A program made the translations under genes and the position numbers. The notes under the pieces were generated by a model. The model saw only the letters and a list, made by a program, of their open reading frames with translations. It had not been told where the DNA came from and made no database searches. Source: an uncultured delta proteobacterium (GTDB lineage: Bacteria; Desulfobacterota; Desulfomonilia; Desulfomonilales; Desulfomonilaceae). From it: a DNA stretch of 64,000 nt. Below, piece by piece: positions 56,324 through 64,000 of the stretch. The stretch spans positions 576,001-640,000 of the forward strand of contig CAWBKB010000005.1 in assembly GCA_963789265.1 (NCBI GenBank). The letters run 5' to 3'. Position 1 is the first letter of the stretch; each line of letters opens with the position of its first letter.

Positions 56324-56854
56324 ATGTTCAAGATCGGAGATGTTGTTGTTTATCCGATACATGGGGTAGCGCGAATAACAGACATAAAGAAGGAAAAGAT
56401 CGGAAACTCCGACCAACTGTGTTATGTCCTGGAAGCCGAGCTAAATTCCGTGACCAGGAAGCCGGTAATCAAGCTGCCTGTAGACAAGGTGGAATCAAAC
56501 AACGTGAGAAGAATTGTCGCGGAGGATGAAGTTCCAAAAGTAATTGAAATTCTTAGAAAAAGGGGAATGAAGACAGACTCCCAGACCTGGAACAGACGGC
56601 ATCGCGAATACCAGGAGAAAATGCGGAGCGGCAGCATTTTTCAAGCGGCGGAAGTCTTCAGGGACTTGAGCATCCTCAAAGAAAGCAAGGACCTATCTTA
56701 CGGAGAGCGCAGGCTCTTCGACCAAGCCAGGAATCTTCTTATCAAGGAACTCTCCATCGCCAAGAAAACCGATGAACGAGAAATAGAACAAACCATTAGA
56801 AAGATCTTCCAACGACCGGACCCTCCCGATCAATACACCAAGGAAAGCGCCTGA
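56324..56854 (+). CDS. carD: CarD/CdnL-family RNAP-binding regulator
   Basis: FKIGDVVVYPIHG, WNRR and LSYGER motifs. Confidence 0.92.
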   Translation: MFKIGDVVVYPIHGVARITDIKKEKIGNSDQLCYVLEAELNSVTRKPVIKLPVDKVESNNVRRIVAEDEVPKVIEILRKRGMKTDSQTWNRRHREYQEKMRSGSIFQAAEVFRDLSILKESKDLSYGERRLFDQARNLLIKELSIAKKTDEREIEQTIRKIFQRPDPPDQYTKESA

Positions 56855-56900
56855 TTTTGAATTTCTCTTTTGTTTGTCCCACCGGAAAGGATTCCTTTCT

Positions 56901-57884
56901 ATGCCTAGCAAGGTGTTTTCCGCTATTCTTCTAATCCTTTGTACTTTTTTCGCCGGCTTGATCGGGCGCAATCTTTTCTCAGACCTTCGCTGGGTAAGTG
57001 CCACGGCGCTGAGTGGTTTCATTCTTGGACTAGCCTCTCTTGCCCTGATGAAGGGATTGCTAAAGCTGGAGGTTGAACGAATCATCGGTGGGGTGATTGG
57101 ATTATTGGCCGCAGCCCTCCTCGGGCTCATACTCACCTCCGGCATGTACGCCAGCATAAATAGGACTGCGATTGGGGTCTTCTTGTATGCGCTTGCCATG
57201 ACAATCCTGTGCCTGGCAGGTCTGCAACTTGGGGCATCAAAGGCCAATGATCTGAAGAAGAGAGTACAAACAAGGACGGAACCTGAACGGAGGATTGTCG
57301 GAATACTAGACACCTCTGTCATCATTGACGGACGCATAGCAGATGTCTGCGAGACAGGGTTTATCGACGGAGACCTGGTAATTCCTCAGTTTATTCTTAA
57401 GGAATTACAGGCTATTGCAGATTCATCGGAATCGACCAAACGGACTCGAGGCCGTCGAGGTCTTGACATACTGAACAAGATCCAAAAACAATCTTACGTA
57501 AAGATAATCATTGACGATACAGACTATCCGTCGATAAAAGAAGTCGACCTGAAACTGATTCACATGGCCAAGGATACAGGCAATTCTATACTGACCAACG
57601 ACTTCAACCTGAACAAGGTCGCGCAAGTACATTCAATCCAGGTACTCAACATCAATCAACTAGCGAATGCTCTTAAACCCATAGTCCTGCCTGGGGAGAC
57701 AATGAAAGTGCAAATCTTGAAAGAAGGGAAGGAGGCCGGTCAAGGAGTCGCGTACCTCGATGACGGTACTATGGTGGTGGTCGATAATGGAAGGAAGCAG
57801 ATAGGGAGAAACGTCGAAGTAGCTGTTACGAGCGTCCTTCAGACTACCGTGGGTAGAATGATTTTCGCAATCATGAAAACTTGA
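56901..57884 (+). CDS. Membrane PIN/TRAM domain protein (YacL-like)
   Basis: N-terminal TM helices, LDTSVIIDGRI, RGRRGLD, TNDFNLNK and YLDDGTMVVV motifs. Confidence 0.93.
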   Translation: MPSKVFSAILLILCTFFAGLIGRNLFSDLRWVSATALSGFILGLASLALMKGLLKLEVERIIGGVIGLLAAALLGLILTSGMYASINRTAIGVFLYALAMTILCLAGLQLGASKANDLKKRVQTRTEPERRIVGILDTSVIIDGRIADVCETGFIDGDLVIPQFILKELQAIADSSESTKRTRGRRGLDILNKIQKQSYVKIIIDDTDYPSIKEVDLKLIHMAKDTGNSILTNDFNLNKVAQVHSIQVLNINQLANALKPIVLPGETMKVQILKEGKEAGQGVAYLDDGTMVVVDNGRKQIGRNVEVAVTSVLQTTVGRMIFAIMKT

Positions 57885-57929
57885 ATCGAGCGGATGGTTC
57901 CAATAGTCAATTGATGAAATAGTCCTGAG

Positions 57930-57967
57930 CCCCGTGTAGAGACAGACCTTAGTCTGTCTCCCCGGGG
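57930..57967. repeat. GTAG-type REP-like hairpin / bidirectional terminator between convergent genes
   Basis: gtaGAGACAGAC-ctta-GTCTGTCTC inside CCCCG…CGGGG. Confidence 0.6.
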
Positions 57968-58016
57968 TCAGTAACGTTTGACAGGTGTGACAGGTTCGTT
58001 GCTCAACAGAAGAACT

Positions 58017-58736
58017 TCAGCTCTTCTTTTTTTGAGCCAGAAACTCTTGCCACAGCTTAAAGCCGGGCTCCGGTGGAGATCCCGCATTGTTCCACCACTG
58101 TATGAAGTCTCGATAGACGCCGAGAAATTCGGACCATGTTCCATTCGGGTCTGCATTCTTCTTCCAATCGGGATACAAATCGTCGTTGGCCAACTGAAAT
58201 TCTTCTTTACCGAAATCCGGGAAAGCCTCTTTGAAAGCCTTGAGCTTTTCTTCCTTGCTCATTTCTTGGGTTTGCTTCGGTATAGCAGTCTGCTGAGCAG
58301 CAGCGGTGGCCTCCTTCTGGGTTTGTGCAGCGGGCACTTGTTCCTTGTGCATGCTTTGTGCCGTCACAGTACCAGGTTCCGGCGATTCCCCTTGAGGAGT
58401 TCCCTCGCCCGGCATGATCATGGGCACGGCACGAGACCCCGACCTCGGCCGCTCCAGCATAGATAGGGCCTGCTGAGGCGGACCGCTTGGGAGCGTAGCC
58501 ACTACCCAGCCCCGGTCCGGATCAAACTCTTGGATACTGCCGAAGAACTTGTCTATCCGATAGGCCTTGCCTAGTCCCAACGGACTCAAATACTGATACC
58601 TGTTCTGTAATCCGATTACTATCAATCCAAGGGCAACAATTGCGAGAAAGATCCATGAATGAAGGCTCGTCCAGCCTCCAACAAATCTTGGGCCCCTTGA
58701 GTCGGGACGTCGCACATCATCATCATTAACGATCAT
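58017..58736 (-). CDS. Hypothetical single-TM membrane protein
   Basis: RBS AGGAGG, one TM helix, NRYQY…YRIDKF.G beta-hairpin motif, Pro/Gln linker and helical C-terminal domain. Confidence 0.75.
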   Translation of the reverse strand: MIVNDDDVRRPDSRGPRFVGGWTSLHSWIFLAIVALGLIVIGLQNRYQYLSPLGLGKAYRIDKFFGSIQEFDPDRGWVVATLPSGPPQQALSMLERPRSGSRAVPMIMPGEGTPQGESPEPGTVTAQSMHKEQVPAAQTQKEATAAAQQTAIPKQTQEMSKEEKLKAFKEAFPDFGKEEFQLANDDLYPDWKKNADPNGTWSEFLGVYRDFIQWWNNAGSPPEPGFKLWQEFLAQKKKS

Positions 58737-59000
58737 CCCTCTAGCCTCCTTGCTTTGATCGAAAATTTGGACGCGAACTCCATCGACGAATCGAATATAT
58801 CACATTGAAGATTTTTTGTAAATAGCTTTAGATGGGTTACTTTCCCGATGTTGCCGATTGAGCGGCCAAGCGATTCAATGCGGGCGACATTGCCCACGTA
58901 TTGCCGTCTTATATACTAGAAATCCATTTGGGACGTGATGCATCCTGACGAACTTACAAACCTAAAAAAAGACAAGCAAATTCGATCTGAGGAGGGCCAG

Positions 59001-59257
59001 ATGATAAGAGTGTCCAATAGCCGGCATTTTCTAGCTCTTTTAATCCTGTTGGCAATATGTCTCTACTCTCTGCCCTGCACAGCCTCCATTCCGCTAGTGC
59101 CTCCGAGCCCCAGCCACAATCCTCTCCTGCGCCCGAGGTAAATAACTACAATTTTAATGTTGGCTTACCGCCGGCTACTGGCCCCATAGGAATAATCGCA
59201 GGTATCTTTTCCTTCGTCTATACACTGTATAAGATTGGAGGCGGCCGAAGTTGCTAA
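59001..59257 (+). CDS. Small membrane protein (signal peptide + C-terminal TM), probably frameshifted near 59085
   Basis: RBS GGAGG before ATG 59001. Signal peptide in one frame, SASASEPQP…GIIAGIFSFVYTLY TM in the other. Confidence 0.45.
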
Positions 59258-59466
59258 ATTCTCATGATTTTTCGATAGCTTACGATGCAATTAACTTGGT
59301 AATTTACTATCTCTTCCGGTGTCCAGACATGATCGCTTTTGCCCGCTTCCATCGCGGGAGTAGCCCTCAGGGTCTCATGAATAGGCCCGAAAAAGTTCCA
59401 GCTGATCGACCGAAAGAATCAAGAGGCCCCGGACCGCACAAACAGAAAATGAATTTCTAAAGCCGA

Positions 59467-60187
59467 CTACAAACTTTTGACTTTGCTCATATCCAGCGAA
59501 GGCCAAATCTGTGCACCTTTTTGCTTGATTTCGTCCGAGGCAGCCTTCGAACTCTTATCTGCGACTCCTCGGCACAGGTCCTGGACAACAATAACCTTGT
59601 ATCCAGCTTTCAGTCCGTCAAGAACAGTGGCCTTCACGCAATAATCAGTGGCTATGCCGTAGACGATCAGGGTCTTGATGCCCGCGGCCTTTAGCGTCTT
59701 GTCCAGGTCCGTCTTCGTTCCTCCGTCATCCATGAATCCGGAATATGAATCGAACTTGGGATTTGTACCCTTCTGGATCACTTTCGTGAAAAGGGCAGGA
59801 TTCACCAGGAGTTCAGCTCCTTTACTGCCCTGCAGACAGTGAACCGGCCAGAGGACCTGAGTTCGGCCGTCCGCCAGTTTGATGGTCTCAAAGGGTTTCT
59901 TGCCCTTGTGGTTCGCGGCGAAGGACATATGATCGGCCGGATGCCAGTCCTGGGTTGCGTAAATCGGAATGCCGGCCTTCTTCAACTGGTCTGTAGCTTT
60001 GGCCACGTTTGCCAAATAGGCCTGATCGCTATTGGGCACCGCCAGTGAACCCTTGTGAGCCGTTGTGAAATCGCCTTGGACGTCCACAACAACGACTGCC
60101 AGGCCTTCTTTCGCCGTCGCCGGCATGGGGGCGAAGGCCAGGCCGAAAACGACCGAGCATACCATTAGTAGCAATAGTTTCTTTCAT
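59467..60187 (-). CDS. pncA: Nicotinamidase/pyrazinamidase with N-terminal signal peptide (extra A in codons 2-3)
   Basis: VDVQGDF, QDWHP, WPVHC, KG and GIATDYCV motifs. RBS GGAGG, and ATG 60187 gives MKKLLLLMV…ATA after one base is removed. Confidence 0.88.
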
Positions 60188-60519
60188 GTTTCCTCCATTT
60201 ATCCGGGATTACGGTCCGACCATGCCATATCAACGGACTTTGAGGCGCTAGCCGGTCAAGATATGCTTACTCGGACCGGAAAAGTTACCCGCATGATGGA
60301 CCGCAACTCGAAGGCGGCAAAACTGTTGTCATAATGACAAAAAGTTGAGTTTCTCCCCGAACTTGAGCGTAACTCACGTGCTCTCATCAGTCAATAATAA
60401 TCTTGAACGCTTACAAGGAAGAACTTTGACGGATATGTCACGTTGGATAGCAAGGACTCCGAAGCGCCTTCGTCCCCAATGCACTTCGCAAAGCCTGATG
60501 CGCGTTTCAAATTGGTATG

Positions 60520-61269
60520 TCACGGTCTTGGCGAACACTTGACCTGAACCACAAATTCCGCTCCCTGCGGACACTTGCACAAGGACAGGTTGCCACCCAT
60601 CGCTTCCGTAAGTGCCTGGGCCCCTGCCAGCCCCAGACCATGGCCTCTAACAGGGAATCCGTCTACTTTAATGCATTGAAAATATTGATCGAAGATTTTG
60701 TCATGATAACATTCAGGTATACCCGGTCCATCATCTCTGATTGAAATCTGAATAGAATTCCCCTGCGTCCGACACTTCAGGAAGAGGCTTTTCTGCTTGT
60801 ATTTAAACGCATTGGATAGAAGGTTGGTGACAACAAGGCACATCTTGGTTTCGTCAATCTGAATAGACCTATTGAGTTGGGAGTCCTCAGCTTCGAGATG
60901 AATTTCATTAGCCAGCAGTACGCGTCGAAAAGTCTCCACATCTTCGGCCTCTTCCAGGGCATCGGAGACTGCCGGATCGACCAGATCAAAAACCTCTATA
61001 AAGGCAGTTTTGAGAATGCCGGAAAGTGTGCAATCACATACACGCATTATTCCCATAGACGCCATATCCACTTCCAGCATGCTGTTGGCCAAATTCCGGA
61101 TCTTCAAGGCATTCCTCAACATCCGCCTGACGACTTTTTCTTGCTTGGTGGTCAGGGGTCCGTACCTATCTTGCCTGTCTAGCAAGGATTTGGCACCGGT
61201 TTCAATAATGTTCACGGGATTCTTTAGATCATGAACGAGATGAGAGGTTTGAATATTCTTGATCGTCAC
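60520..61269 (-). CDS. Sensor-less histidine kinase (HisKA + HATPase)
   Basis: HDLKNP H-box at residue 13, NLLSNAFKY, DDGPGI and GHGLGL. Confidence 0.88.
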   Translation of the reverse strand: MTIKNIQTSHLVHDLKNPVNIIETGAKSLLDRQDRYGPLTTKQEKVVRRMLRNALKIRNLANSMLEVDMASMGIMRVCDCTLSGILKTAFIEVFDLVDPAVSDALEEAEDVETFRRVLLANEIHLEAEDSQLNRSIQIDETKMCLVVTNLLSNAFKYKQKSLFLKCRTQGNSIQISIRDDGPGIPECYHDKIFDQYFQCIKVDGFPVRGHGLGLAGAQALTEAMGGNLSLCKCPQGAEFVVQVKCSPRP

Positions 61270-61311
61270 TGAAAATCTCCGGATGTTTTCCGAAAGGTCC
61301 AGAGCGATGGA

Positions 61312-61827
61312 TCACGATTCAATGATTGCGGATTCATCGACTTCGAGATCCTTCTCGAATTCTTTCCAAAAATCCTTTTCCGATTTTCTCCATTCGGGGC
61401 CGAAACGTTTTCCAAAGGAACTACCCAATTTTTCAAAGACTGCTTTCCATGCGGACCGATAACTGAGAGTCAGGACATCTTCGAGAAAAGGGGCTATCTG
61501 GCCGAGTTGGTCTTTCGGCAGGTAGGCTCGCGCGCCGAGTTCGATAGATTTCTTCAGCGACTGAGGGCTGAGTGCATGGGCGGTAAGCATGACAACCGGA
61601 ATCTGCTTTGCGGTGGCGTACTCGAGAAGGTCAAATCCTCGCACTCCCATGATATCCAGTATGACGAGGTCATAAGTCAGAGAGGCGAGGCGCTGGATAG
61701 CTTCCTCATAGGATGATGCCCTATCTAATTCCACTCCATAATCGTCAAGTTCCTCCCCAAGGATATCCAGAACGTCCTGCTCGTCATCCACAGCAAGGAT
61801 CTGTTTACCCTTCAACTGGTTTGGCAT
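61312..61827 (-). CDS. Response regulator receiver protein
   Basis: VDDE, LDIMGVRG, LTA and YLPK, with a short helical tail. Confidence 0.9.
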   Translation of the reverse strand: MPNQLKGKQILAVDDEQDVLDILGEELDDYGVELDRASSYEEAIQRLASLTYDLVILDIMGVRGFDLLEYATAKQIPVVMLTAHALSPQSLKKSIELGARAYLPKDQLGQIAPFLEDVLTLSYRSAWKAVFEKLGSSFGKRFGPEWRKSEKDFWKEFEKDLEVDESAIIES

Positions 61828-62011
61828 AACTTGATCTCCGGATTTCTTTATACTACATACAAGAACTTCTTAATGTCAAGCTGGATAATCCTGACAACAC
61901 GGCGGGACAAGGGCGAATTAGACGAACTTGTGGAAGATATCTTAACCTCTAAATGGATCTTTGGCCGTTATGCGACTCACTGCTTCTTCTGTTTAGAAAC
62001 GAGGGGTAAAT

Positions 62012-62701
62012 CTAACGGAGAAGATTATACTTTAAAATGCACCAAATTGCCTTCAATCCGTCTTTCCAATTTATTTTCTTCCCTTCCGAATAGGTTCTTC
62101 CGGCATACGAAATTCCCACTTCATAAATTCGACAATGAAGCTTGGCTACCTTTGCCGTAATTTCAGGTTCCACCCCAAATCTGTCCTCTTCAATTGCAAT
62201 TTGCCGAAGAATTTCCTTTGTAAAGGCTTTGTAACAGGTTTCCATGTCCGTCAAATTCAAGTCGGTGAGGGCATTCGACAAGAGGGTGAGCACCTTGTTG
62301 CCAATCGAGTGCCAAAAGAAAAGAACCCGGCGACTCTCTCCCCCTTGGAAACGGGAGCCAAAGACTACATCCGCTTTGCCTTCTCTGATCGGTTGCACCA
62401 GCTTCTCGTATTCCGAAGGAGAATATTCCAGGTCCGCATCCTGAACTATGATCACATCGCCTGAGGCTAAGGTAAAGCCGGACCTCAGGCACGCCCCTTT
62501 GCCGCGATTCTTCTCATGGTACACAACATGGTCAATTAGAGGGTAGAGTTTGTTACGTATCAATTCCGTGGTGCCGTCCTTTGAATTGTCGTCGACCAGG
62601 ATTATTTCTTTCGGGTTCAGTGAAGAGCTCTTCACCATTTCTATTAAGCGTTCTATGGTACTGATTTCATTGTAACAGGGTATCACGATAGAGAACTTCA
62701 A
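62012..62701 (-). CDS. Glycosyltransferase family 2 (DPM-synthase-like)
   Basis: [32 protein letters not shown] and EGKKI motifs. TTG start. Confidence 0.93.
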   Translation of the reverse strand: MKFSIVIPCYNEISTIERLIEMVKSSSLNPKEIILVDDNSKDGTTELIRNKLYPLIDHVVYHEKNRGKGACLRSGFTLASGDVIIVQDADLEYSPSEYEKLVQPIREGKADVVFGSRFQGGESRRVLFFWHSIGNKVLTLLSNALTDLNLTDMETCYKAFTKEILRQIAIEEDRFGVEPEITAKVAKLHCRIYEVGISYAGRTYSEGKKINWKDGLKAIWCILKYNLLR

Positions 62702-62714
62702 TTCGTTTGTCCTT

Positions 62715-63341
62715 TCAACTCCTAGTTGCCGATGCCCAGATATTAAAGCCAAGTTCAAAGTATCCGCTGCGAAAGCCATCTCTAGGAAAACCCGCAACCA
62801 TGAGCATTTCAAGAATGCGGCCGCGATCATAGAGGCCTTTGTGCTCGTCGACTTCCGTAGAGCTTACAAGATTCAATTTGCCCATGATCCTCAGCAAACT
62901 ATCCGTCCAGGGGGCCGGCGCGGTGACAATACATACACCTTTCGGCTTCAGGATTCGGAAAACTTCGGCGAACAGCGATGGCAATTGCCCCGTGTCCAAG
63001 TGCTCGATGACAGCAAGCATAGTAACAACATTGCAGCAGTTGCTTTCCAGAGGCAAGTTCGTTTTTTTTTCGAGGTCATGCTCGATGAGTCTGAAATTGT
63101 CGGAATTGAATAATGAAACTACATCGGCACGGAATGCTTTGTTCAGTCCTATCTTATTAGCAAAACCACTGCCCGCAAGGAAGAGTGGACGAGCGCCACA
63201 CCCTATGTCAACGATGCACCCATTGCGATATTCCGAAGGGATGAGGCTTTGGGCCAGCACATACCGCTTGTGTGCCAAGAAGGGTTCCAGAAAACCGTTC
63301 CCTCTGGTCGCTCTCGCTCGCAGCTCCAAAATGTCGTTCAC
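62715..63341 (-). CDS. Class I SAM-dependent methyltransferase
   Basis: VDIGCG, AVIEH and RILKPKG motifs. Confidence 0.88.
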   Translation of the reverse strand: MNDILELRARATRGNGFLEPFLAHKRYVLAQSLIPSEYRNGCIVDIGCGARPLFLAGSGFANKIGLNKAFRADVVSLFNSDNFRLIEHDLEKKTNLPLESNCCNVVTMLAVIEHLDTGQLPSLFAEVFRILKPKGVCIVTAPAPWTDSLLRIMGKLNLVSSTEVDEHKGLYDRGRILEMLMVAGFPRDGFRSGYFELGFNIWASATRS

Positions 63342-63604
63342 CTCTGTTACAGGGTTCCTTCAGTCATGCCGGATGATACGCCGACAAGGACTCGTGCCAC
63401 TGCGTAGCGAAGTCTCTATGCACTTCCGGGCGGTGCTTCCATGTCAAAAAAACTCTTCACCGAACCTCACCCATTTTTTCGCAGAGTCTCGGTCAACTTA
63501 TGGCCGAATTTGCACTGATCTTACCAGCAGCGACCAAGAATGCAATCCTTGAACGATCGTGTTGCGGCTTCTTGTCGTACCGCTACTTCCTGTCATGAAT
63601 TATG

Positions 63605-63620
63605 CGGCACTAGGCTTGCT
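63605..63620 (+). promoter_or_regulatory. Possible sigma54 -24/-12 promoter
   Basis: cGGCAC-N5-TTGCt in a long intergenic region. Target gene unclear. Confidence 0.4.
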
Positions 63621-64000
63621 TTTAGCAACTCATAGGTTTAAAATGGATTCCAATGGCTTACATAGAATATTGCGCTCTTGTTTCTTGGGTTCTGTCGCAC
63701 TTACGGTTTTCATTTAGGAACCGAGCAAGACCGGGAACAATCGACGGATTAGGCCGACATTATATCAGTTGCTGCAAAAATGTCCTTAAATCGGTATCAT
63801 CGCTGATGATACACAATAGCGAAGCTTTGCTTCAATAAACCCCAGATCTCGAAAAACCCCGCCTGCATGAACCTAAAGCTTCTCAAAAAGATGGCGTCTC
63901 AGCCCTCGGAAATGTTTAGTGCTGCACTTTGGAACATTTACTGTTGGCAACAGGGAATGAGTAAGTGGTGGAACGATTTGGAGACGTTTCAAGTCAGTAC

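Noticed and set aside
60345..60400. Possible IS terminal remnant (AACTTGAGCGTAACTCA)
   Set aside because: No partner inverted repeat, TSD or transposase fragment was found.
63653..63838. 61-aa ORF downstream of the sigma54-like site
   Set aside because: Weak RBS and no recognisable features, so it cannot be supported as a gene.

Overview
Origin-proximal chromosomal window of an anaerobic deltaproteobacterium (Desulfobacterota). Gene content and 16S look Desulfomonile-like to me, but this was not verified by a search. From left to right it holds: the tail of a polysaccharide locus; a TetR-controlled acyl-CoA catabolic operon (CoA ligase, two acyl-CoA dehydrogenases, 3-subunit biotin carboxylase, crotonase, DUF849 beta-keto acid cleavage enzyme, MaoC); a complete 3670-bp IS1595-family element (perfect 25-bp TIRs, 8-bp TSD) carrying a DNA methyltransferase-Mrr fusion, a small basic protein and an orphan RelE-like ORF behind a structured non-coding region; a liv ABC transporter; a Ycf46-like AAA ATPase; a transposase-less IS200/IS605-like element; an rRNA operon (16S-Ile-Ala-23S-5S); an ECF sigma / double zinc-finger membrane anti-sigma / exported caspase-ankyrin / Cys-rich peptide locus; an integrase remnant, an atypical typA and a deleted larA; ilvD, pfk and mvhD-metV-metF; and a rearranged origin (cutA-rsmG-parA-parB-dnaA-oriC-dnaN-gyrB). 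Single-base frameshifts occur even in dnaA and gyrB, so most breaks are probably sequencing errors; three share the context GTACCT. The best candidates for undescribed systems are the ECF/anti-sigma/caspase-ankyrin locus, the IS1595 cargo module and the DUF849-containing carboxylase pathway.
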